This document shows positions 8,532-16,439 of a DNA stretch of 29,101 nt, in pieces. The notes under the pieces are model-generated. The model saw only the letters and a program-made list of their open reading frames with translations, had not been told where the DNA came from and did no database searches. The DNA comes from Deltaproteobacteria bacterium (GTDB taxonomy: Bacteria > Desulfobacterota > DSM-4660 > Desulfatiglandales > Desulfatiglandaceae), in the NCBI GenBank assembly GCA_037382425.1, contig JARRPY010000067.1:1-29101 (forward strand), given 5' to 3'. Both the position numbers and the translations under genes were made by a program. Within the stretch, counting starts at the first letter, position 1; each line of letters begins with the position of its first letter.

Positions 8532-9752
8532 TTAGATGTTGTAGGCGGTCTCTTCATGCTGCGTAATATCCAATCCACCCCGCTCCTCGCTCAAATCCAC
8601 ACGCAATCCAAACAGCTTGTCCACGATTTTCAACAAGATATAGCTGACCACAAAAGTGTATAAAATGGTCACCGCGATGGCAACAGACTGGATGCCCAGT
8701 TGGGCCGGATTGCCGAAAAAGAGACCGTCGGCCCCATCCGGGTTGACGGCCACGGTGGCAAAGAGCCCGGTGGCCAGGAGTCCCAAAACACCGCTGACGC
8801 CGTGGATACCCACCACATCGAGGCTGTCGTCATACCCGAAGCGACTCTTGGCCATGATCCCAAGATAGCAGAACACACCGGCCAGGACCCCGATGATGGC
8901 CGCTGAAATGGGCCCGACAAAACCGGCCGCCGGGGTCACGGTGGCCAGACCGGCGATGGCGCCGCTGGCCCCGCCCAGGGTGGTGGCTTTTCCCGTGTGC
9001 TTCCATTCCATGAAAATCCAGGCAAGGGCCCCGGTGGTCCCGGCCACATGGGTGGCCACGAAGGCGCTTCCGGCAAGGGCCCCGGCAGCCAGGGCGCTGC
9101 CCGCATTAAAGCCGAACCAGCCGAACCACAAGAGCCCGGCCCCGAGCAATGTCATGGGCAGGTTATGGGGACGCAATTCCTCTGTTCCGTAGCCTTCTCT
9201 TTTTCCCAGGAGAACGGCCGCGGCCAGTGCCGCCACTCCTGAGCTCAAATGGACGGCCACACCGCCCGCAAAGTCCAACGTGCCGAGACGTCCGAGCCAT
9301 CCGCCGTCCCCCCAGATCCAATGGGCCAGGGGGTTGTACACGAATGTGGCCCAAAGGAGACTGAACAATAAAAAAGGCCCGAATCGCATGCGCTCTGCAA
9401 AGGCGCCTGTAATGAGGGCCGGAGTGATGACCGCGAACATGCACTGGTAAATCATGAACACCTGATGGGGAATGGTGGGGGCATAGACGCTGTGGGGGTG
9501 CATGCCCACGCCTCTGAGACCGAACCATTCCAGGCCCCCGATGATGCCCCATTTATCCGGGCCGAAGGCCATGCTGTAGCCCCACAAAATCCACTCCAGG
9601 GTGATGAGTGCGATAATAATGAAACTCTGCATGATGGTGCCCAGAGCATTCTTGCTCCTCACCATGCCCGCATAGAACAGGGCCAGTCCGATGGTCATGA
9701 GCATGACCAGCGCCGCGCAGATCAACATAAAGGTGGTGTCTCCGGTGTCCAT
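8532..9752 (-). CDS. amtB: Ammonium transporter
   Basis: LALFYAG, FQ-type YQCMFAVIT, GAFAER, LDFAGGVAVH and DDSLDVVGIHG twin-His motifs, WFGWFGFNAGS. Confidence 0.97.
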   Translation of the reverse strand: MDTGDTTFMLICAALVMLMTIGLALFYAGMVRSKNALGTIMQSFIIIALITLEWILWGYSMAFGPDKWGIIGGLEWFGLRGVGMHPHSVYAPTIPHQVFMIYQCMFAVITPALITGAFAERMRFGPFLLFSLLWATFVYNPLAHWIWGDGGWLGRLGTLDFAGGVAVHLSSGVAALAAAVLLGKREGYGTEELRPHNLPMTLLGAGLLWFGWFGFNAGSALAAGALAGSAFVATHVAGTTGALAWIFMEWKHTGKATTLGGASGAIAGLATVTPAAGFVGPISAAIIGVLAGVFCYLGIMAKSRFGYDDSLDVVGIHGVSGVLGLLATGLFATVAVNPDGADGLFFGNPAQLGIQSVAIAVTILYTFVVSYILLKIVDKLFGLRVDLSEERGGLDITQHEETAYNI

Positions 9753-9815
9753 TTGTGCGCTCCCTCCTGTGCATTAAGTTTAAGATTCTCTCCCGCTCCT
9801 CATGTAAATTGGGAC

Positions 9816-9831
9816 AGCAAAAACTATACCT
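9816..9831 (-). promoter_or_regulatory. Candidate sigma54 (-24/-12) promoter for amtB-glnK
   Basis: Minus strand AGGTAT-AGTTT-TTGCT has exact GG-N10-GC spacing, about 65 nt upstream of the amtB ATG. Confidence 0.6.
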
Positions 9832-9975
9832 TATCAAATTGACATAATTTGAATGTATTCAGGCATGAAAATACATATTTGTAAAAAGGCAATAGGATAT
9901 TCGATCAGACAAAAATGTAATATAGGAGGCCCATATTCTACAGAACCGTATGATTTCATGATTTTGAAAAACGGA

Positions 9976-10005
9976 TTGACCTGAGAAGGCCAAACTGGGT
10001 AAACT
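9976..10005 (+). promoter_or_regulatory. Candidate sigma70 promoter for the methyltransferase operon
   Basis: TTGACC-N18-TAAACT. Confidence 0.3.
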
Positions 10006-10132
10006 TCACCATATGCAACCGATCTTGGAGCAAACGGCGATTTATGCATACCCAGGGTGATGGACCTATGGAATCGTTTGGATCTTCTTATCAACCCAAA
10101 GATGATCAATCGTCAGGAAGGAGCGGTATCAA

Positions 10133-12592
10133 ATGGCGGACGCAGCGCATATCCCACTCGGTGTGGGTTTTTATCCGGACTGGTTTTATGAGAACTACGG
10201 GATCTCCTTTGGGGAGGCATACTACTTTGACCCGGAAACGCGGGTGGAGACGCGGATGGAGATCGACCGGCGCCTGTACGAGCGGTTCGGTGATGTGGGA
10301 TTGGGCGCACCGGATCCCAAACCCAAGCCTTTGATCACCTTCGGCATGGTGATGCTGCCCGCCGTCTTCGGCTGCGAGATTGTCTACAAAGACGCGGCCC
10401 TGCCGTGGGCCATGCCCCTGAATCTCTCCGAGGACGAGGTCATGGCCTTGGAGGTGCCGGACATCTTCAACACCTATCCCATGACCGAGATGATCCGCCA
10501 GATCAATTACCTCAAAGAAAAATACGGAACGGTGGTGGGAGACATCAACACCACCGGCGTGCAGAACCTTGCGCTCAAGATCCGAGGAGATCAGCTCTAT
10601 TTTGATTTTTTCGAGAACCCTGATTTGTGTCATCATCTGCTGGATATCTGCACCCAGTGCGTGATCCAACTCTTTCAGTTCAACCATGAGACCACGGGCA
10701 CGGGGGCCGTGGATGTGACACCCATGTGCGACCCCACCTTGTACGTGATTCCCAACTGCACCGCAGAGCAGATTTCCAACGCCACCTATGAGAAATTCAT
10801 CCTCCCTTATGACAATCGGGTGGCCGATGCCTGTCATCCCTTGGGCATCCATCATTGCGGGTCCATCAATGAGGTCTTGCCCGGATATGCCAAAGTGCAT
10901 CATCTCAAATTCGTGGAGATCGGATTCGGTTCGGATGTGAAACGTGCCAGGGAGGTCTTTGGCCCGGATGTGGCGATAAACGCCCGGATCAACCCGGTCT
11001 TAATGAAGAACGGGACGGCAGATGAGGTGGCGGCGGAGGTCAGACGGTTGATCGACCAGGGGGACCCCCTTTACAAGTTCTCCATCGATACGGTGGGATT
11101 GACCCACGGCACACCAGACGAAAACGTGAGGGCCGCCCGAATGACGGCCGCGGAATACGGCAAAATCGACGGCGGGCGGAAACCGGTTCGAGCCAAGGCG
11201 GTCCAGGCCGAGGCGCTCCGCCAGGTGGAGGCCGGTGCCCAGGTATTGGATGTGAATGTGGGGGTATCGGGCATTGATGAACCCAAGATGCTGAAGGCGG
11301 CGGTAGCGGCCGTACAGGCGGTGACGGACGTGCCCTTGTGCATCGATTCGGCCGTGCCGGAAGCCCTGGCCGCGGCCCTGTCCGTGTACGAGGGAAAGGC
11401 CCTGGTCAACTCGGTCAACGGGGAGGCGGCCAAACTGGATCGGGTGTTGCCGCTGGTCAAGGAACATGGAGCGGCCGTCATCGGTCTGACCATGGATGAT
11501 GAGGGGATTCCCGCGGGGGCGGAAAAGCGTGTGGAGATTGCCGAGACCATCATCGGTCGGGCCCTCGAGATCGGCATTCCCCGGGAGGACGTCATCATCG
11601 ATCCCCTGGCCATGGCCATCAGTGCGGAATCGCGTGCGGGAGTAGAGACCCTTCGGGCACTGCAGATGATTCGAGACGCGCTGGGCGTTAATCAGACATT
11701 GGGTTTGAGCAACATTTCTTTCGGGCTGCCCGGTCGGCATCAAGTCAACGGGGCCTTTCTTGCCATGGCCGTTCAAAACTGGCTCACCTGTCCCATCCTC
11801 GACCCCACGGTGTGGGAGATGCGGCTGGCGGTTCTGATTTCGGATATGCTCCTGGGAAGGGACGAATTCTGCATGAACTACATCCGGGCCGCCTCAAAAG
11901 GCACGGAAGGGGATGCAGGAAGAGGTTCGGCGCCTGAACCGGCAGAAACCGGGGAGGGGGGATACGAGGCCCTCAAGGAAGCGGTGATTTCAGGCCGGCG
12001 AAAGAAAGCCGTGGACCTGACCCGAAAGGCCTTAGCAGCGGGAATGGACCCCCAGGACATTATCAATACCTATTTGATCCCGGGTCTCAATATGGTGGGA
12101 GAGCGGTTTGAGAGAAAGGAGATTTTCGTCCCGGAAATGATGATTTCGGCCAAGACCATGCAGGCGTGCGTGGATGAGCTCACCCCCGTGTTGAAGCAAC
12201 AATCGGGCAGGTCCCTGGGCACGGTGGTGATCGGGACGGTCTTCGGGGATCTTCACGATATCGGCAAGAACCTCACACGGCTTCTGCTGGAGACCTCGGG
12301 ATTCAAAGTGGTGGATCTGGGAGAGAACGTGCCGGCAGAGACTTTTCTGGAGCAGGCCAAGGCGGCGCACGCGGATGTGGTGGGATTGTCTTCGCTATTG
12401 ACCACGGGCGACCCGCATGTGGAGGAAACGGTCAAGGCGCTTAAGGAGAGCGAGATCGGGGATCAAATCAAGATCATCTGCGGCGGGGCCGCCATGACAC
12501 CGAGATTTGTACTGGAGGTCTGCGGTGCGGACGCCCACGCGGAAAATGCGGCGGACGGGGTCAGCAAGATCAAGGCGTTTTTGAGCCTGTAA
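10133..12592 (+). CDS. Fusion of URO-D/MtaA-type methyltransferase, pterin-binding (methyl-THF:corrinoid methyltransferase), B12 cap and B12-binding domains
   Basis: aa ~1-345 are URO-D-like (GDINTTG, IHHCG, TPDENV). aa ~356-590 are MeTr/AcsE-like (LDVN, IDS, VNS, IDPL, GLSNISFGLPGR). The cap domain (LIPGLNMVGERF..FVPEM) is followed by the B12 motif DLHDIG..SSL..GGA. Confidence 0.88.
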   Translation: MADAAHIPLGVGFYPDWFYENYGISFGEAYYFDPETRVETRMEIDRRLYERFGDVGLGAPDPKPKPLITFGMVMLPAVFGCEIVYKDAALPWAMPLNLSEDEVMALEVPDIFNTYPMTEMIRQINYLKEKYGTVVGDINTTGVQNLALKIRGDQLYFDFFENPDLCHHLLDICTQCVIQLFQFNHETTGTGAVDVTPMCDPTLYVIPNCTAEQISNATYEKFILPYDNRVADACHPLGIHHCGSINEVLPGYAKVHHLKFVEIGFGSDVKRAREVFGPDVAINARINPVLMKNGTADEVAAEVRRLIDQGDPLYKFSIDTVGLTHGTPDENVRAARMTAAEYGKIDGGRKPVRAKAVQAEALRQVEAGAQVLDVNVGVSGIDEPKMLKAAVAAVQAVTDVPLCIDSAVPEALAAALSVYEGKALVNSVNGEAAKLDRVLPLVKEHGAAVIGLTMDDEGIPAGAEKRVEIAETIIGRALEIGIPREDVIIDPLAMAISAESRAGVETLRALQMIRDALGVNQTLGLSNISFGLPGRHQVNGAFLAMAVQNWLTCPILDPTVWEMRLAVLISDMLLGRDEFCMNYIRAASKGTEGDAGRGSAPEPAETGEGGYEALKEAVISGRRKKAVDLTRKALAAGMDPQDIINTYLIPGLNMVGERFERKEIFVPEMMISAKTMQACVDELTPVLKQQSGRSLGTVVIGTVFGDLHDIGKNLTRLLLETSGFKVVDLGENVPAETFLEQAKAAHADVVGLSSLLTTGDPHVEETVKALKESEIGDQIKIICGGAAMTPRFVLEVCGADAHAENAADGVSKIKAFLSL

Positions 12593-12600
12593 TCGCGGGA

Positions 12601-14454
12601 ATGGCAAAGATACTCTTCATCCCCGCGCACAAAAAGACCGTGGCCGACGGTCGCCGGAGCATCCTGGAACTGGCCCAGGAAAATGGAATCGGCATCCGGT
12701 CCACCTGCGGCGGAAAGCAGCGGTGCGGGGAGTGCCGGATCGTGATTGAGGCGTCGAGGGCCCCGGTCCCCGAACCTTCTTCCTACGAACGGGAGGTGTT
12801 GGGGCGCGATATTGAGAAAGGATACCGGCTGGCCTGTGAAGTCGTTCTGTGTAACGACGCGACCGTCCGCATCCCAAAAGAGAGCCTCCCCGAACGCCAG
12901 GTGATACTGACCGCCGCCACACAGCATGACTATCCTGCCGCCGTTCGTTGCAACTTGACCCCCCATACTGTCACGGTCCCGCCGCCTGCGCTCCCGCAGG
13001 TGACGGCGGACCGGGAGCGACTCTTGGAGGCATTGGAAACGACCCATGGACTGAAGGGCCTTCACATGGATTCGGCCTTGTTGCAACGACTCCCCCACCT
13101 TCTTCGTCAGGAACAAGGCGCCATGGGCGTGGTGGTTCGGAACTCAGGTGAAATCATTGATGTGTGTCCGAATGCCTGTGAATCGGTGACGGGCATCGCC
13201 TTTGACCTGGGCACCACCACGGTGGTGGCCTATCTGATGGATATGAAAAATGCTCGCGACATGGCCGTGGCCTCTGCCATGAATCCCCAGATTCCCTTCG
13301 GGGATGATGTGATCTCCCGGATCGCCTTGTGCGGCGGAAGATCCGACGGGCTCAATACACTACGCACAAAGATGATGGCGTGTCTCAATGGGCTTGTGGA
13401 AGCCACCTGCCGGCAGGCGGGTATCGAGCCGCAACAGATCATGGAAGCGACCATGGTGGGCAACAGCGCCATGCATCATATCTCCATGGGGATCGACCCC
13501 ACGCCGCTTGCCACGGCCCCGTACACTCCGGCACTTCAGGCGGGCCAGGACATCAAGGCCCGGGATCTGGGCCTCAACATCGGGCCGTCTTCCTATGTCC
13601 ATTTTCTCCCCATCAAGGCGGGGTTCGTGGGAAGCGATACGGTGGCCGGCGTACTGGCCACCCGTATGCATAGGCACAAGATCCAAACCCTCCTCATCGA
13701 CCTGGGCACCAATGGCGAGATTGTTATGGGGAATAGGGAGGCGATGACCTGTTGCTCAACTGCTGCAGGCCCTGCCTTTGAAGGGGGACACATCCGCTTT
13801 GGTATGCGCGCGGCTCCCGGGGCGGTGGAGCGCGTGTTCATGGATCCCGCCTCCTGGGATGTCCGTGTGGATACCGTTGACGGGGCGCGCGCCTGCGGAT
13901 TGTGCGGTTCAGGCATCATTTCCGCGGTGGCGGAAATGATCAGGACCGGTCTATTGCTGGAAAAAGGCGATTTCAATCCGGATGTGACGTCGACTCGGTT
14001 GCGACACGGGACTGACGGACTCGAGTTCGTATTGGTTTGGGGGAGTGAGTCCGGTTTGGGCGGGGACCTGGTCATTACCCGCCGGGACATCTCGGAGCTC
14101 CAGATGGCCAAAGCCGCGGTATACGCAGGGATCATGGTGCTTCTTCAGTTGTCGGGAGAGCCGGACATTAAACGGGTACTTTTGGCCGGCGCCGGCGGGA
14201 GCCGGTTGGATCCTAAAGATGCCCGGATCATCGGCCTTCTCCCCTCTGAGCTGGATGCGGATGCCGTGGCCGTGGGAAACGCCGCGGTTCACGGCGCGTG
14301 CCTGGCCCTTCTGGACGTCCGGAAGCGCAGAGAGGCGGAACGAATTGCCCGGAAGATGCGCTATCAGGAACTGGCCTCCCACGGTGCGTTTCAGGATCTG
14401 TTCGTGTCCGGCATGCGCTTTCAAAATGCCGTCGATGCAGAAGATAGCTTTTGA
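12601..14454 (+). CDS. ASKHA-domain ATP-dependent reductive activator of corrinoid proteins (RACo/DUF4445 type) with N-terminal 2Fe-2S ferredoxin
   Basis: STCGGKQRCGEC..RLAC; AFDLGTTT; NPQIPFGDDVISR; GFVGSD; DLGTNGE; AAGPAFEG; GLCGSG; LAGAGG. Confidence 0.93.
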   Translation: MAKILFIPAHKKTVADGRRSILELAQENGIGIRSTCGGKQRCGECRIVIEASRAPVPEPSSYEREVLGRDIEKGYRLACEVVLCNDATVRIPKESLPERQVILTAATQHDYPAAVRCNLTPHTVTVPPPALPQVTADRERLLEALETTHGLKGLHMDSALLQRLPHLLRQEQGAMGVVVRNSGEIIDVCPNACESVTGIAFDLGTTTVVAYLMDMKNARDMAVASAMNPQIPFGDDVISRIALCGGRSDGLNTLRTKMMACLNGLVEATCRQAGIEPQQIMEATMVGNSAMHHISMGIDPTPLATAPYTPALQAGQDIKARDLGLNIGPSSYVHFLPIKAGFVGSDTVAGVLATRMHRHKIQTLLIDLGTNGEIVMGNREAMTCCSTAAGPAFEGGHIRFGMRAAPGAVERVFMDPASWDVRVDTVDGARACGLCGSGIISAVAEMIRTGLLLEKGDFNPDVTSTRLRHGTDGLEFVLVWGSESGLGGDLVITRRDISELQMAKAAVYAGIMVLLQLSGEPDIKRVLLAGAGGSRLDPKDARIIGLLPSELDADAVAVGNAAVHGACLALLDVRKRREAERIARKMRYQELASHGAFQDLFVSGMRFQNAVDAEDSF

Positions 14455-14460
14455 TTGCCT

Positions 14461-14874
14461 ATGGATGAGGGGCAGGGCCATGATGTCATGACAGTGCGGC
14501 AGGCCTTCCTCATCGGATATGCGCTTTGTGAGAATGAAGTGGTGGGCACGTCCACCCATAAAGCCCCCAAGCCGGACTATCGCAGAAAGATTGAAACCGC
14601 CACCGGTCTGGATCTGGACGGGTTTCTGGAACGGGGGTATACGGCTGTTCGGGCGGATTTCAGGGGAAGAGGAATTGGCGGCAGGCTGATCCGGGGGTTG
14701 ATTGAAAACTCCCCGGGCCTGCGTATTTACGTGACCATCCGCATGGACAATACGCACGCCCTCAAAATGACCTATAGGGAACAGATGATCCACGCCGCCA
14801 CCTTTATCAATGACCGTACGGGTCATGAACTGGGGGTGTTCACCAATGTCCGGCCGGGATGGATCAATCGCTGA
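14461..14874 (+). CDS. GNAT-fold acetyltransferase domain protein, start uncertain, possibly N-terminally truncated
   Basis: Motif A: ERGYTAVRADFRGRGIGGRLI; N-x-x-A segment (DNTHALK). No clear RBS. Confidence 0.65.
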   Translation: MDEGQGHDVMTVRQAFLIGYALCENEVVGTSTHKAPKPDYRRKIETATGLDLDGFLERGYTAVRADFRGRGIGGRLIRGLIENSPGLRIYVTIRMDNTHALKMTYREQMIHAATFINDRTGHELGVFTNVRPGWINR

Positions 14875-14931
14875 TGGGAAGTTAAAGGCGAACAAACAGA
14901 AAGAATCTGCCGTAAGAAAAGGGGGAGACCG

Positions 14932-15435
14932 ATGAAAAAGTGCGTTTTAATGTGGATCGCCGTCATCATATCGGTATGGGTTTTGAGCGGATGCGCGTCC
15001 CAGTTTTCTCAAGCCAATGTGATCGCTCAAGAAGGCCGCTTTGTTGCGTACAATGATGGAACGGTTTTGGACAAGGATCGGGGTCTGATGTGGGCGGCCC
15101 GAGACAACGGTGCACCCATCACCTGGGAGGAGGCCAAAGGCTACTGCGGCAACTTCAAGGCCGGAGGATACACGGACTGGCGTATGCCCACCCAGGATGA
15201 GCTGACCGATCTGTACGACGCCCGGGTGACCAACACGACCCCGCCGGCCGACGGCTGCAAGGGCGGGTGCCACCTCACCAATTTCATCCATCTTTCCTGT
15301 TGCCCCGTGTGGTACTGGAACGGTATCGATGAAGTGCCGGGGTTTTTTCATTTCGCCGTAGGCCCCAAGGACTGGCGAGATCAATCCCTTGAAACCTACT
15401 CTCCTCGGGCGCTCCCCGTGCGGCAATACAGATAA
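14932..15435 (+). CDS. DUF1566 (Lcl C-terminal domain) lipoprotein
   Basis: Lipobox LSGC; RF..NDGTVLD..GLMW..TWEEAKGYC..GGYTDWRMPTQDEL; GGGGGAG RBS. Confidence 0.85.
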   Translation: MKKCVLMWIAVIISVWVLSGCASQFSQANVIAQEGRFVAYNDGTVLDKDRGLMWAARDNGAPITWEEAKGYCGNFKAGGYTDWRMPTQDELTDLYDARVTNTTPPADGCKGGCHLTNFIHLSCCPVWYWNGIDEVPGFFHFAVGPKDWRDQSLETYSPRALPVRQYR

Positions 15436-15509
15436 TATTGCGGCAGCCGACTGAAACACATGGGGCCGATTCCATCGGAGGCGGCCTTGCTTGTGTAAAA
15501 CGCACAGAA

Positions 15510-16439
15510 ATGGAAATGAAACCCGTTGAAATCATGCAGGGCCTCTATTTTATTGAAAGGGGCTATCTCAACGCCAATCACTTTGTCTATCCTTTCGAAC
15601 ACCCGGTTCTTATTGACACGGGGTACAGCGCTGACTTTGATTTAACCGCACAGTTGATAAGAGAGACGGGCGCAACGCTTGAGCAGACGCGGCTGATTAT
15701 CAACACCCATGTTCATTGCGATCACATGGGCGGCAATAAGCCTATTCAAGATAAATCCGGATGCGATATTGTCCTTCATTCTATCGGTAAATATTTTGTG
15801 GATACCAAGGATGACTGGTCCACCTGGTACCGGTATTTCGACCAAGAGGCGGATTTCTTTCACTGCACCATGGGGGTGGGTGGCGGCGATGTGATTCCGG
15901 TGGGCCCGCACGAATTTCAGGTGATTCACACGCCCGGTCATGCAGCGGATGGGATGGCCCTGTACCATCCCGGGCAAAAGGTCCTCATATCCGGTGACGC
16001 ACTCTGGGAAGGCGATTTGCCGACCATTACCATGCGGGTGGAAGGAAGCACTTGTCTGTTTGATCTATTGGAATCCCTTGAGAAGCTGGAAGCCCTTGAT
16101 GTGGATGTGGTCTATCCCGGACACGGTCCCCCGTTTTCAGATGTAAAGTCGGCCATCGCCAAGAGCAGGGCCAAAGCCGAAGATTTCCTGAACCACCGGG
16201 AAAAAACAGGCGCCGCCCTCCTTAAGAAGATTTTGATATATACGCTTCTTATGAAAAGGACGGTGGATGAAGAGACCTTTTTCGATTACCTGATGGGAAC
16301 CCATTGGTTTAGGGAAACCATTGATCTTTTCTTTGACGGGGCCTATGAGCAGAAGTATGAGGAGATGATGACCGATTTCATTAGCCGTGGGATTGTGAAA
16401 CTAAGGAGCGGCAAATTGTTTAGCACGGTCAAGGCCTAA
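15510..16439 (+). CDS. MBL-fold metallo-hydrolase
   Basis: LIDTG, THVHCDHMGG (HxHxDH), HTPGH, ISGD, YPGHG. Start is 15510 or 15516. Confidence 0.9.
   Translation: MEMKPVEIMQGLYFIERGYLNANHFVYPFEHPVLIDTGYSADFDLTAQLIRETGATLEQTRLIINTHVHCDHMGGNKPIQDKSGCDIVLHSIGKYFVDTKDDWSTWYRYFDQEADFFHCTMGVGGGDVIPVGPHEFQVIHTPGHAADGMALYHPGQKVLISGDALWEGDLPTITMRVEGSTCLFDLLESLEKLEALDVDVVYPGHGPPFSDVKSAIAKSRAKAEDFLNHREKTGAALLKKILIYTLLMKRTVDEETFFDYLMGTHWFRETIDLFFDGAYEQKYEEMMTDFISRGIVKLRSGKLFSTVKA

Noticed and set aside
9960-10132. Possible cobalamin, THF or SAM riboswitch upstream of the B12 methyltransferase
   Set aside because: No B12 box, GCCACTG, or SAM-I/THF core motifs in the right order.
11178-11196. GGTTCGA tRNA T-loop-like motif at the fusion junction
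   Set aside because: The flanks do not form a T stem, there is no cloverleaf, and it lies within a coding region.
14932-15435. DUF1566 C-type-lectin-fold gene as a possible DGR target
   Set aside because: No reverse transcriptase and no template repeat differing at adenines in the window.
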